Position numbers and translations under genes: made by a program. A model generated the notes under the pieces. That model saw only the letters and a program-made list of their open reading frames with translations, had not been told where the DNA came from and did not search any database. A stretch of 64,000 nt of DNA from Tubiluchus corallicola. Lineage: Eukaryota > Animalia > Priapulida. Numbering within the stretch: position 1 is the stretch's first letter; every line of letters begins with the position of its first letter. Shown in pieces: positions 42,401 through 52,770 of this stretch. The stretch is taken from NCBI GenBank assembly GCA_030141605.1, contig JAQGDQ010000217.1:1-64000 (forward strand), written 5' to 3'.

Positions 42401-45400
42401 TTTAGTCACACACAACAATAGATTTTCAACATTTTAATAATTACGAGAACTTTGTGGGCCAACTTTTCACTTGAAAATGAAACAGCCGACTTTGAAGGAA
42501 TTTTTGTAATTTTTGCAAATAAACAGACTTAGAAAAGTCTGTGGTTTAGAAAGTATATTTTTTAATTTACTGCTAATTCACTTATATAAATTAATATTTT
42601 AAAATATGTTTTCTAATTTTTAACTGCACAAAGGAATTTAGGCATTACTTCGTTTCTAAAATTCATTAAAAACATTAAGCTGGTGACTCATAGTTCTATA
42701 GCTGTAATACTACAGCCATCGGTTAATAGGTTTTGTCGGTTAATCGGGTGAAAACATATCGGTCCCAAAGTTGAGTCTATTAAGCGGTGCCTACTGTATT
42801 TAATAACGTCTTCAAGGAAACCTAGTTGTTAACGATTTTCCTTAATTTAGTAAGGGAATCATTTGGATATTTTAAGTTAGCCTTTAACAACACAGATGCT
42901 AATTTCCATGTAAGCTACTTTGTCTTGTGTTTAGGAGGATATAATTTCTCTGGTGACGAGAATGAGTTAATACAGATTATGATCCAGAAGGCACTGTCAA
43001 GTGATAATTTAAGGAATGAGTTTTTCCTGCAGCTGATAAAACAAACCACTGACCATCCAGGTAAGCCAAGCCACTAGCCATCCAGATAAACCAAACAACT
43101 GACCATCCATGTATCCAAATGTAGCTGTTTGTTGCTTATTTCAAGTAATTTCATTCTTACTGATTATTACCATATAAATTATCAATTTCTGGCATTGTCT
43201 TGTTTTTATTTTCAATCATCATCATCATCACCTTCATTATCAGTGTCCTTATTACTGATCCTGTTACCAGCACCACCACTATCATACGGTATCGTCATCT
43301 TCCTCGTCGCCAACACAATCACTGCTATCATCGCCACTGTCATTTCCGCCACCACAACATTCGTACTCATCATTATGACCAGCATTATCAAACTTGCCAC
43401 CATAATCATGGTCGTCAGCATCGTCATTTTCACTGTTGTTGTTATCATTATCTTTATTTGGCAGTTGTTACAAATCTGTATTTCAGAACCAAACAATCGG
43501 GTGAATGTTGCACATTGGCAACTATTGGCTGTTGCATCAACTGTACTCACTCCCGCTGATAAACATGTAACAACGTACTTGCAAGCACATTTGAAGCGCT
43601 GTGCAGCAGAACACGCTAGTGAAGAGGGACAGTATGCATACTACTGCCAAAAAGTAAGTAATGTTACTTTTAATTACTGTGATATTAATTATCTGTTTGC
43701 CCAACCTTTTTCATAAATAATAAAATAGAAGCACTGTTGACAATAATGTACAATATGTGTGCAGTGAAATCTGAGAAAATTTATCTGTTTGTTCCTCTGA
43801 AGTTTGTTTGGTTTTTTAAGGCACTGGCAAAAATGTTAGAAACAAAGGTAGTGCGAAAATTTCCACCATCGTCTCATGAAATTTCAAATCTAAGGTTACG
43901 GTAAGGATGTTCAGTTAATTGTCCATATTATAAATTTTTCTTGCTTTGATCTCTTGAATGACAAATGTCTCAATGGTCTTTTCCCTTCATAGTATGCATT
44001 AGTTAACTTGGCATTTGATGAAAAGTAATACAACCAGTATTGGCAGGAATAAAGATACAAAGTACTTACAATTATGCATATGTAGATTAACTTTGTGTAG
44101 CCATGTTAATTTGGTATTCGGTTTTTAAATTTTTAAATGAGCTGCCTATTTTTGAGTGAAAGGCAAGTGAAACTGATCATGAGTTACTGAGAACTCTTTC
44201 TTTTTAAATTTGTTTTTGCAGCAAACTATGTAAATAGGAATTTAACATATAAATGATATTACATATTTCACAATTAACTGTGCTTTTTACTGATCCATGC
44301 TGGGTCAGCCAGAAGTTAGTGGACATAATGAAAAGACTATCTATTTTTCTTGTTTTTTGACTGAAGTTAAATGCTTTCCATAGCTCCTTTTTGTGTGTCA
44401 CTTAGTGGTGGTGTTTAAAATCTGAATTTCAGCTTTACATATTAAAATTATTTTTTGTTTCAGGCACAAAATGTCTGCAATGGTGCACTTCTACAATGGA
44501 CAAACCAGAATAATGGAATTTGATTCGACGGCTACATTTGCTGATGTAAGTTTATGTGAAAGTAAACGATTTTTACCTTGTATGTGTAGCTCATGAGAAT
44601 AGCATCTTATATTTATTATGAAAATATTGTAACGGCAACGTTAGTGATCATGAATTTTAAAGTAGTTAAGGTTCAATAATTCTCTTATAACTAAAGTTCT
44701 TAGTTTAAGCTTTTTGTCATGTATATGTTACAAGCAATGCATAAAATGTAAGCAATTTATAAAATTCCTGGACACTTTATATAATACCAATTCATTTCAA
44801 GAATAGTGTAAAATAAATGTTTTTACTGCGGCTTTTTCATATGCACAATACCGAAGATATATACAAAATGCATAAAGTGACTTTGACAAAGTGTAAAACG
44901 AAAATAATTCGCATTGAATCTAACCTTTCTGAGATATTTTATACATTACCTAGGTATTTTGCAGAATGGCATAGTCAGTGTACTAAATTAAGTAAGCATT
45001 TTAAGTAAGCGGATGAGGATATGTTTTGTTGGTGATAGATGCGACATCAGTATCTCTGACATGCCGCTTGACAACATGGTCCACTTCCCATGCCTAGGAA
45101 CAGCTGTACTTCCAAAAAGGCACAGTGCAACAAGTAGCTTCGCTTTATCCTGTATTTGAAATGCGTCTAGTATGTCACCGGCATTGTCATGCTTGAAAGA
45201 GCCAACATCTAGAGCATCAAGTCCATCATAATAAAACACAACCTTTATTGGTCAGCACAGGTTATCAAATTGAGCAAGACCACGTTTCCTCATCAGCATC
45301 TGCAAATTCTCTTCAGTAAACTCTCAACTGAGAGAAGATCTCCAGGTTGCCCTCTTTGTTACCACAAAGGTTGATTAAAATTCATACTCAAACAAGCAAA

Positions 45401-48400
45401 GCAAACAAGAATCAAAGTTTAAACATTTGAAAATCAAGGCCAGTATTGGACCATCCACAGTTAAACCTAGCACTTTGAAGACAAATGATGAGAAGAGAAG
45501 AAAAAACGGCTACTGTTCAAAATCAACATTCAACAATATCAACCATGTGACTTCTACCAACTCGCGAATGTTGTCAGTGTCTCTGAATATTCCGTGCAAG
45601 CATTGCTGTTCTGAATCATCATTGTCACCACTACAGTAGAGGAATGTTATTGGGAGAAGCTTAAATTCTTGGATATAAGAAATAATATATCTCAGTGAGC
45701 AAATAAACCAAACGTATTTACCTTACAAATTTGCAAGCGCACTGAAACATGACTTTTTCAGATGTTCCTTAAACTTTAATTGCTCTATACAAAATGCTTA
45801 AGAAAATTACATCAAAACAATGGACTATCAGTTCTGTTTACATTAATTAAATTTCATTCAGCATTCTATAATGCCCAGAAAAAGTACATCCAAAATTTAA
45901 GAATCGTGCAGTTTATCTAATGAAACTTTTGCATTTTATATAATGCCTAGGAAAAGTGCTGAAGACATTATTTTGGCACCCCATAAAATGCCTAGGCATT
46001 CTGTAGTATTCCTGGTTTCACATTCTGCGTGTAACATATATATATGTGCTTGCAAAGCAAAATCGTCCATAAGTCAGCAATTAAACTTTTCTAGTTATTC
46101 ACATATCCTGAATCTCCATTTCATGAGGATCATTTTGATACCAAGCTCATTGCTTTATGTTATTTCTAAGCTGAAAAAATCCACGTTGAAGTTGAGGTGC
46201 AGGCTATGCAGTGAAAAACATAATCTCATAGGAGAGTGTAGTTGCTATGGACTTTGCAAAAACACTTTGAAGTTATGTTTAAATCCAGTAAATGATTCTC
46301 CCTGACGAATATTTGGGCTTGTCAACAGAAAAAACCCGAAGCAAAATGGCTGCTTCCACGAGTTACTATCGGAGCTTGAAAATACAAGTTTTTTACAGTT
46401 GCAGTACTAGTTTCTAGGCAGAAAAATAGACATGGGGTTATAAAATTAAATTTTTAGTACTTTTTGGACATTTTCTTGATAATTTGGTGCTAGAATATAA
46501 AAGTCCAATATATTTAGCATTTGTTTTTATAAAAAACAAAAAATTAACATTAGACCAAAATTTTGGTCTATTCTACTTTGAAGCATCATAACGTAGTTTT
46601 AATTACTTTTGTCAATTTTCTCATCCATTGGTTATCACGGAAACCTGTTCTTTGTCTTCTTTCTGTAAGTTACACAAATATTGTCTGTTGAAGTGTTAAC
46701 ATCACATTTTCTCCTTAGATTACTTCTATAGTTAGTGAGACGCTTGGTATAGACGAGAAGACAAAGGGCTATGGCATGTATGGATATCTTGGCTCTCTTA
46801 TGCATAGTTTACCATCTACAGAGAATGCTGGGGATAATCTATACCGGTGTGAAAAACTGGCCAAAGGCGAGAAAAAGACTTTTGAAGCCAAATTCTACTT
46901 TAAGGTGATTTAAATTTAATAATACGTTTGTAGCCATTCTACCATTTATTCCTGCAATTTAATTTTGAGTTAAAGTATATAAAGTATATATATATTTAAG
47001 ATATGTAAATGTAAAATATCTCTCTCTTAGATTTAAACTAGAGATATTATTATTATTTTGACCACCCGCAGAATATGCACTACATTTAAGTGATGTGATT
47101 CTTTATAGTTAAGATAATATCTCAGGACTTGGATGCTAATAGACAACATAATTCCTATTGCCGCATACTATACATTTAGTTTTCTGTGCCCAGGTTATTG
47201 GCCACACTGCAGATAATAATCAATAATCCGTTATCTTAACAGTAAATTAAATACATCTAGCCAATGAGCTTAATGTTGGTCGTGTCTTTTGATCATGTCC
47301 CTCGAACAATTGCATGTCTTAACTTAATTCTTGTAATTTATTCATAAATGTTGCCTAGCTAGTTTACAGTAATTAGTTTTCTTCATTGTTTTTTTAGAAA
47401 CACTTGTTCATGGAACCTGAAATGAATGAGAATGATGAGCTCGACAAAGAATTTGTGTTTTGTCAGTTGCTAGAAAACATCCGTGATGATCGCTTCCCAC
47501 TTTCTTATCAAGAATGTGTATGTGATATTATGCTCTCTGAGTTGCTTGCTTACAACGTAACTCTGTAAATAATTTTTTTCATCTTTGTTATTTTGCAGCT
47601 TTTCCACTTAGGTATTTTTCAATATGGGGGCAACATATGCATTATTTTCTCCAGCAGCAATGATACTAGATATAGAATGTTCCAAGACATTGATGATACT
47701 ATTTCGTGGGCATAAACTTAAGACATCTATGACATCTGCATATGACAGAGAGTATTTTACTATTTTTTGTTCTAATGGGAACAAGCTCAGGACAAAATTT
47801 AACGAACAGTAAGGAGCTAGATACCAGTCCCACCATAACTATCTACATTAAGCAGCCTATTATTGAGTCCTGGATTCTGGTTTACGGAATGCTAAACTGT
47901 ATACTGAAGTTTCCGGCTATAGTATGTGTAATCGTTAGGGCAACTTTGCGAGCTTGGCCCAGTGATTAGCTTCATTTTAGAGACAGCAGGCTTACGTACT
48001 CCAAGTTAACGATTTCATTAGCATGATTTTCAGATTTCTAGAGTAAGATATGATTGCATAAGTGGTTGGGTTAATTATTCTTACCTTGGACTACTATGTA
48101 AATGAATTCCTGTAGTATAATCACACGTGCCATGTGTTTTGTATTTATTTTGTTAAATATGATGTAGGTCACCAGTTAAGTATTGAGGCGAATCTTCTTC
48201 ATTCCTTTGTTGGAGGTTTTAACTACACGAAAAACTTCTACAAGTTAGCTTTTAATGACTAAAATTCTCAAGCCAGATCTTACCTGACATTAATAATGCA
48301 ATTTCCTTGTTGTCGTTGACTGCTTTTTTTCAGCTTAGAATACTGAGTGTTTTTGCCTGTGTGTGAAAATCTGGTTTTAGGCAGCTTGAGAACTTAGTTC

Positions 48401-49120
48401 TGAATTAAAATGATTTAATTTAAACATGTATAAATTGTATGTGCAGCTCTGTTTTCATTAACGTTTTTGCAACACAGTTACAGATCTGTGCTAGAGTGGC
48501 TCAGATGGAATGGATGGATACTGGTCTGTTGCATAACAAATCTTTCAGGTGAGTTTACACATCAGAAATTCTTTTACTGAAATCCTGTAAGTCTTATACA
48601 TAGTTTTCCTAAATGTTATCAGTGCCTCCTAAATGTTACATGCTACTTACATCGTTAAGATAAAAATGACATAATTTGATATCCAGTCTATCAAATCAAT
48701 TCCAAAAAAGATCTTATCTGAGGTGAAACAGCAAATCTAGTAGTTGACATTATTTTCGTCTTCTGTCGAGTAAACTTTCCAAAGGCCTATTTTAAATAAA
48801 CTTAAATGGCATATTAACAGTAATATCAATTAATTTTTTTGACTTGGTAGGTAGGTAGAGGTAGGTATAATAGATGATTATTCTTGATTTATCATCTCAC
48901 TAGTGTGATTTGATTATTTCATTATCATAAACCTCTTTTGCATCACAGTCCAATTTTGGAGAAATGTGTCTCACCTGTATGGAAGACGAAACTGAAGCTT
49001 AGCGACCTGGAATTGGAGTACAAATCACTGTATAAACTCACTCCAGATCAGGCACGTGATCAGATCCTGTCAATTCTACAGAAATGGGAATTGTGGCCAT
49101 CTACCATTTTCGAAGTTAAG
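18339..49120 (+). CDS. Myo22: Unconventional myosin with two MyTH4-FERM tandems (class XXII-like); partial, 31 exons in window, both ends outside the window
   Basis: 31 GT-AG exons splice in consistent phase into 1535 codons. Order: converter (GYP...[11 protein letters not shown]), 3 IQ motifs, E/R-rich SAH-like helix, Pro-rich linker, MyTH4 ([14 protein letters not shown]), FERM ([30 protein letters not shown]; [10 protein letters not shown]), MyTH4 ([17 protein letters not shown]), FERM (KKHLFM; [12 protein letters not shown]). No SH3 between the tandems (unlike Myo7/Myo15) and no PH domains (unlike Myo10). Class assignment is inference from architecture. Confidence 0.9.
19716..19827 (+). 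CDS. Myo22: Myosin exon: motor end and IQ1
   Basis: tacag|GTT...AGAG|gtaaga; [37 protein letters not shown]; phase 0-1. Confidence 0.92.
20946..21030. repeat. 43-bp tandem duplication (2 copies)
   Basis: CTTTCACACATTTTCTTGG(T/C)GCAGTATTCGATCT(A/G)CAGGTTG x2. Confidence 0.9.
22146..22252 (+). CDS. Myo22: Myosin exon: IQ2 and start of IQ3
   Basis: tgtag|AT...CAG|gtaacc; [35 protein letters not shown]; phase 1-0. Confidence 0.92.
22465..22622 (+). CDS. Myo22: Myosin exon: IQ3 and SAH-like E/R helix
   Basis: aacag|GCG...AG|gtatgt; [10 protein letters not shown]...[25 protein letters not shown]; phase 0-2. Confidence 0.92.
24630..24772 (+). mobile_element. 5S rRNA-derived SINE-like remnant
   Basis: 5S-type boxes GAAGTTAAGC...TGGATGGGTGACC; a related copy lies on the minus strand at ~40940-41080. 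Confidence 0.5.
24973..25109 (+). CDS. Myo22: Myosin exon: proximal tail
   Basis: ttcag|G...T|gttagt; [19 protein letters not shown]...LDEMFKFL; phase 2-1. Confidence 0.85.
25262..27540 (+). mobile_element. 5'-truncated Ty3/Gypsy LTR retrotransposon (Gmr1-like): RT end, RNase H, PPT and 3' LTR
   Basis: Frameshifted [47 protein letters not shown]...PITYLSRKL...[10 protein letters not shown]...[32 protein letters not shown] then stop at ~26003. PPT GAGAGGGGG at 26296-26304. Confidence 0.9.
26309..27540 (+). repeat. 3' LTR (1232 bp)
   Basis: Starts TGTAATGACCC just after the PPT and ends GGGCCATTACA (10/11 inverted match, TG...CA). Confidence 0.85.
27739..27866 (+). CDS. Myo22: Myosin exon: tail linker
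   Basis: tatag|CT...CAA|gtatgt; [20 protein letters not shown]...FAEAMQ; phase 1-0. Confidence 0.82.
28625..28756 (+). CDS. Myo22: Myosin exon: probable alternative cassette exon (44 codons)
   Basis: tctag|CAA...CAG|gtaact; [44 protein letters not shown]; phase 0-0; TGCATG motifs downstream. Confidence 0.65.
30529..30700 (+). CDS. Myo22: Myosin exon: acidic/Pro-rich linker
   Basis: tgcag|AAA...GAAG|gtagta; [12 protein letters not shown]...LPLPTPPAE...FPTPPSL; phase 0-1. Confidence 0.82.
30958..31230 (+). CDS. Myo22: Myosin exon: Ser/Pro-rich linker
   Basis: tgtag|GT...AAAG|gtgagt; [23 protein letters not shown]...[10 protein letters not shown]; phase 1-1. Confidence 0.82.
31418..31630 (+). 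CDS. Myo22: Myosin exon: Pro-rich linker
   Basis: ctaag|GC...CCGG|gtaaag; [23 protein letters not shown]; phase 1-1. Confidence 0.82.
31921..32018 (+). CDS. Myo22: Myosin exon: linker
   Basis: tgtag|GT...GGC|gtaagt; [32 protein letters not shown]; supplies the required phase 1-to-0 bridge. Confidence 0.72.
32610..33335 (-). mobile_element. Internally deleted hAT DNA transposon retaining the C-terminal dimerisation domain remnant
   Basis: Ends CAGGGCTGTCTTAACG...CGTTAAAATCACCCTG. Minus strand [32 protein letters not shown]...[23 protein letters not shown], with stops. 8-bp TSD not cleanly recovered. Confidence 0.85.
35451..35597 (+). CDS. Myo22: Myosin exon: lead-in to MyTH4-1
   Basis: tttag|TCA...GAG|gtcaac (weak donor); [30 protein letters not shown]; phase 0-0. 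Confidence 0.82.
35817..35933 (+). CDS. Myo22: Myosin exon: MyTH4-1 N-terminal part
   Basis: tgtag|GCT...AAG|gtaagt; [33 protein letters not shown]. Confidence 0.9.
36187..36408 (+). CDS. Myo22: Myosin exon: MyTH4-1 core
   Basis: gatag|GAT...AAG|gtaagg; DLYKYMKGD...[15 protein letters not shown]...[16 protein letters not shown]. Confidence 0.95.
37055..37186 (+). CDS. Myo22: Myosin exon: MyTH4-1 C-terminal part
   Basis: tctag|TAC...CAA|gtacgt; YVVSYMKQH...[12 protein letters not shown]. Confidence 0.92.
37648..37806 (+). CDS. Myo22: Myosin exon: FERM-1 F1 lobe
   Basis: tttag|GCA...GAG|gtaggt; [15 protein letters not shown]...[14 protein letters not shown]. Confidence 0.93.
38396..38466 (+). 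CDS. Myo22: Myosin exon: FERM-1 F1 lobe
   Basis: ttcag|TGC...AG|gtatta; [23 protein letters not shown]; phase 0-2. Confidence 0.9.
38954..39113 (+). CDS. Myo22: Myosin exon: FERM-1 F1/F2 junction
   Basis: tttag|T...AAG|gttggt; [35 protein letters not shown]; phase 2-0. Confidence 0.92.
39486..39674 (+). CDS. Myo22: Myosin exon: FERM-1 F2 lobe
   Basis: tacag|CTC...AAG|gtatgc; [21 protein letters not shown]...EFLPQRI. Confidence 0.93.
39834..40024 (+). CDS. Myo22: Myosin exon: FERM-1 F2/F3
   Basis: tgcag|CAA...TG|gtaagc; [20 protein letters not shown]...[11 protein letters not shown]; phase 0-2. Confidence 0.93.
40326..40533 (+). CDS. Myo22: Myosin exon: FERM-1 F3 lobe
   Basis: tacag|G...AAG|gtcagt; [11 protein letters not shown]...[20 protein letters not shown]; phase 2-0. 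Confidence 0.92.
40624..40754 (+). CDS. Myo22: Myosin exon: inter-tandem linker
   Basis: tccag|TTT...AA|gtaagt; [30 protein letters not shown]; phase 0-2. Confidence 0.88.
40940..41080 (-). mobile_element. Second diverged copy of the 5S-derived SINE-like family
   Basis: Minus strand GAAGTTGACC...CTGGTCAG...ATACTCACT...TACTG...ACCT...AGGGAG is collinear with 24642-24760. Confidence 0.45.
41450..41637 (+). CDS. Myo22: Myosin exon: MyTH4-2 N-terminal part
   Basis: actag|A...CAG|gtactt; [14 protein letters not shown]...[14 protein letters not shown]; phase 2-1. Confidence 0.92.
41838..42796 (+). mobile_element. Non-autonomous Tigger/pogo (Tc1-mariner) element
   Basis: TA|CAGTAGGCGCTGCTTAATAGACTCA...TGAGTCTATTAAGCGGTGCCTACTG|TA (25-bp TIR, TA TSD); internal [13 protein letters not shown] resembles the end of the Tigger DDE domain. 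Confidence 0.88.
42935..43060 (+). CDS. Myo22: Myosin exon: MyTH4-2 core
   Basis: tttag|GA...CAG|gtaagc; [31 protein letters not shown]; phase 1-1. Confidence 0.93.
43215..43450. repeat. Degenerate (CAT/CAC)n low-complexity tract
   Basis: Directly visible; intronic. Confidence 0.85.
43487..43653 (+). CDS. Myo22: Myosin exon: MyTH4-2
   Basis: ttcag|AA...AAA|gtaagt; [15 protein letters not shown]...[10 protein letters not shown]...[11 protein letters not shown]; phase 1-0. Confidence 0.93.
43821..43900 (+). CDS. Myo22: Myosin exon: MyTH4-2 C-terminal part
   Basis: ttaag|GCA...CG|gtaagg; [21 protein letters not shown]; phase 0-2. Confidence 0.9.
44464..44545 (+). CDS. Myo22: Myosin exon: FERM-2 F1 lobe
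   Basis: ttcag|G...GAT|gtaagt; [27 protein letters not shown]; phase 2-0. Confidence 0.9.
46719..46904 (+). CDS. Myo22: Myosin exon: FERM-2 F1 lobe
   Basis: cttag|ATT...AAG|gtgatt; [21 protein letters not shown]...KFYFK. Confidence 0.9.
47398..47517 (+). CDS. Myo22: Myosin exon: FERM-2 F2 lobe
   Basis: tttag|AAA...TGT|gtatgt; KHLFMEP...[18 protein letters not shown]. Confidence 0.9.
48478..48548 (+). CDS. Myo22: Myosin exon: FERM-2 F2 lobe
   Basis: cacag|TTA...AG|gtgagt; [14 protein letters not shown]; phase 0-2. Confidence 0.87.
48949..49120 (+). CDS. Myo22: Myosin exon: FERM-2 F2/F3 boundary, last exon found in window
   Basis: cacag|T...AAG|gtaaga; [34 protein letters not shown]; phase 2-0. 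Confidence 0.92.
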
Positions 49121-50329
49121 GTAAGAATTCTTTATGGTCTTGCATTTGATAGTCTTGTATGCTTGCTTCGTCTGTACAAATTGAGATTGCTCAATGCTCA
49201 TTTTTTACTGCACTGTGCTGCTACCTCGTGGCTGATATATGAACAAACTCGTGGCAGTATTGTGCTTTTGAACTTAATGGCTTAATGGTCTGGTACCATC
49301 TAATCATTAATGTATAGAGAGAATTCTCATAATTATTATATTGCTACATTAACAAAACATTGTCCATATGTGACATCTTGTCAGCATGTAGACTTGCATA
49401 CAAATGCTGATGCATATCAGGTTTGCAAGATGCCTACCATAGGCAATGGAATTTCTAATGCTACATTAGGAATTTTGTTCGACTCTGAAGTATCAAACTT
49501 TGTTTTTTGTTTGGCACTTTTCTATACAAAAGAATTCATGCACCTGGCACTGTTGCTTGGTAAATTACAAACTGTCCATGCAATTAAAAATAGTTTTCTT
49601 GTTAGGGGACTTTTATTGCTGATGTCTTCCGGAAAAATGTAAAATGTTTTGCTTTAATTTAACTTCTGAGTAGAGATAAAAGAATGAGGTGCCGCATTTT
49701 CTTTGAAGCACACACGAGTACTAATTAATTAAATCAGAAAATAATGTAATGCCTAATGTAATGAAGTGTCTAAGGGTGAGGTGAAGCAAAAGTAGATCTT
49801 TTCTACTAAATGAATTTATAAAAATTGTTCTTGCATTAACAGTATTATTAGCTGTTCTTTCTACAAAGTTTATGGCAATGTTGGTACTTGTAAAATGTTC
49901 ATATTAATTAAGGTATGTGGTGTTAAAGCTCAGACATTTGGCCTCCATTCTTTGGTTAGCTTTACTGAATGCTCAATTTGAATTCTTTCGCATATTGTTT
50001 CATCGCTAGTTTTTTCATTGCCTTTCTTACTTCTGTTCAAATGATATTATAAAAAGTATAACACCCAACATTTGATGCTATTTCTTCAAAGCGGTGACTG
50101 TAAAAGTGTTGTTTTTATTTTTCAACATTTTTATTTTTTACTTTTGTAGTATCTGGTATCTCGTAGTTTTTACTCTATTGAATTCGTTATGAACTTTTTA
50201 ATGTCTTGCACCTTTTCCCGGCCTCTTTTATTCATCTCTGTCTATTTTCCCAGGTGTTTTGCTTGCTTCTCACGTGTGCGGATGAAGCAAAATTTACACT
50301 GCGTCTTGGCATAAAGCAGATTGCTCTTT

Positions 50330-51122
50330 ATTTACCTTCTAGCTTCTTTGATTAACTTTTTTACTAGCTTTTAGCTGGCTTCTTTTTGCCGCATGCGGGA
50401 AGCTTACATTCATGACCAATCGTTTGTGATAATCACTCAGTAACCAAATCCAAATCTGGCGTTTCCTCTAGCATAATAATTGTCTCTTTTCCGGGGGAAG
50501 TATATGTGTTTATCTTGAGAACGATCGATTTTCATCAAAGGAAGAACAACTCACATTTGTTATTCATTCATTCGTCAGTGATTCAAGTCTAGCAAATTTA
50601 TTGATCTTCGCTGAAGTTCTCGCATTTGGCTGCTTAAATTTCTTGAAAACGCATTTTATAAGTGTGCATAAAATTAATCTAAGGATCGCTGGTTCAACGC
50701 CACACTCAGTTTTTGTTTTTACAAATATCCCTTTTTCCATTCAAGTTTGGATTCATTCATTTAGTATCATACTAGATTTGTTTCATCATTAATCTAAAAA
50801 ATCGTTTAATTAAGATCATAAATAATTTCCACGTGTTAATATTTTTTTAAATTGGAAGGAAAAAACAAAATTCAAACCTATACAGCATTTTTGTTGCGAG
50901 TTCACAAATGACGTTCAATATTTCTGATGAGAAATTAGCCAGTTCTCATTTCATTGATTATTTCGGAAATTTTTGTATCTGCGGTAGCTTTGTTTTCCGA
51001 TTTTTTTGCCTAGAATAACGGAAAAGAATTAGGTACAGGCAAATTGTTGCATTTCGTATTTGAGGGGACAAGCTTAATCGGTTAACTCAACGTCAAGTTC
51101 AGACTTAACGTGAAGAACGGTG
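50330..51122 (-). mobile_element. Possible Harbinger remnant (Myb/SANT-like coding fragment and one terminus)
   Basis: Minus strand RKRQIW / DLVTE*LSQTIGHECKLPACGKK (frameshifted) resembles a Myb/SANT-like domain; terminus-like GTTAACTCAACGTCAAGTTCAGACTTAACGTGAAGAACGG. Confidence 0.35.
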
Positions 51123-51799
51123 AAGTGGAGTATTACCCGCTTTCGTTATCTGCACCGCACTACACCACAACTGTCATTAATTATTTAGTCTCTTCTCTTT
51201 ACTTAAAATAGTTTCTAAAAAAGACTCTTGGAGTTATGCTCAGATTTGCCTCATACGGTCTACAATACTTTGGTGCTATTCTGCATGCAGTAAACGAGGA
51301 ACATAATGATAAATGAAACCAGTTTGAGTGAACCATCTAAAATCTGTATGAGCAAACTCAGCGTGAATAGACTGTGTTGTTAGTTACTCTAATTTAGTTT
51401 GTTAGTGTTACTTCCCTAAGTGAAATTAATGCTAGCTTTAACTAGAATCAGCGTGAAAAAATTAGCTTAAACCACTTTGAGTGAATCGTCTGAACAAACT
51501 GTCTCAGTATTAATAGACTTTTTAGCGCTATAAACAGTACTGCTCCAAATGTTCTACTCGTTTTTCGTGCTTTCCAAAACGTTATTGGAATTTCTCGCTA
51601 ACACCAAAATGACGTTATTTACTTTAAATTGAACGTTGTTTGCCTATCGTCATTTTATCGATCGGTTTGATATGGAAGTTATGTCACTCGGAAGCTACAT
51701 ATTACAACGTAGCAATACTAGGACGGGGAAAATGCCGGGTAGTTTCTGTAGGGTGCTTGACATGTTTGTATTGCTAGTTTGTTTGTGCACTGTTACATA

Positions 51800-52770
51800 T
51801 TATTGCCACTAGTGCCACCAAAACTACTGCTTTTAACACCCTCAACACTGTTAACACTGCTATCGGCACTGCTACCAACTACTGCTGCTAGCACTGGCAC
51901 CACCACCATCAACCACTAGCGCTAGCACCACCAGTGCTAGCACAATTGCTACCAACACAATCACCAGCGTCATCACCATGATATCGGCAGCACCACCGCC
52001 CCTAGCATTTGTTCCACTATACCACCATTATTGCTGCTGTTACCACCATTAGTATCATCGTCAGCACAAGAAAAGTCGCTATCAGCTCAACCACCAGCGC
52101 CACTACGATACCACCTCCAGTACTATCAACAGCATAGCTGTCTGCACCATGACTACGACAACCATCACCTGCACCACTATCAGCAGCACAACCACATACA
52201 CTACCTCTATCACCACCACCTGTGCCCTCACCATGTGTATCATCACCAGCACCACTACTAGCACTGCAATACACCACCATTAACACCTGGACCACCACTA
52301 GCATCACCACTACCACCACCAGCACCAGCACTACTGCTATCAGGACCACCAACAGCACCATCACCACCATCGCACTACTTTCAGCTGCCACTAACATCAC
52401 CACCTGCTCCAGGACTGCCATTGAAACCAGCAGCTTTACCACCACTAACACTACCACCATAGAACCAGTACCACTATTAGCAGCACCACTGCTAGCATCA
52501 GCACTAGCATCACTGCCACCAGCCCGACCACTATCATCACCATCAACAGTGTTACCACCAACACCACCACGAGCAGTAGCTACCCAGCATCACCACTGCT
52601 TCCAGCACCATCACCACCAGCATCAATAGAATCAGCGGCACCAACACAAACACCACCGCCGCCGCCACTGTACCCAGCCTAACATGCACACCGCACACAG
52701 CATCATCAAAACAGCATAGGGTGCAATAATGGCATTTATCATCACCATCACCATCATTGTCATCATCTGT
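51800..52770. repeat. Degenerate (CAC/CAG/CAT/ACT)n trinucleotide low-complexity tract, ~1 kb
   Basis: Directly visible; accounts for ORFs 52017-52629. Confidence 0.9.

Noticed and set aside
43129-43716. 195-aa ORF that looks multi-transmembrane
   Set aside because: An intronic (CAT/CAC)n tract happens to be in frame with the true myosin exon 43487-43653.
52017-52629. Mucin-like Thr-rich, His-rich and Val-rich ORFs
   Set aside because: Several frames are open only because of degenerate trinucleotide repeats; no supporting gene structure.
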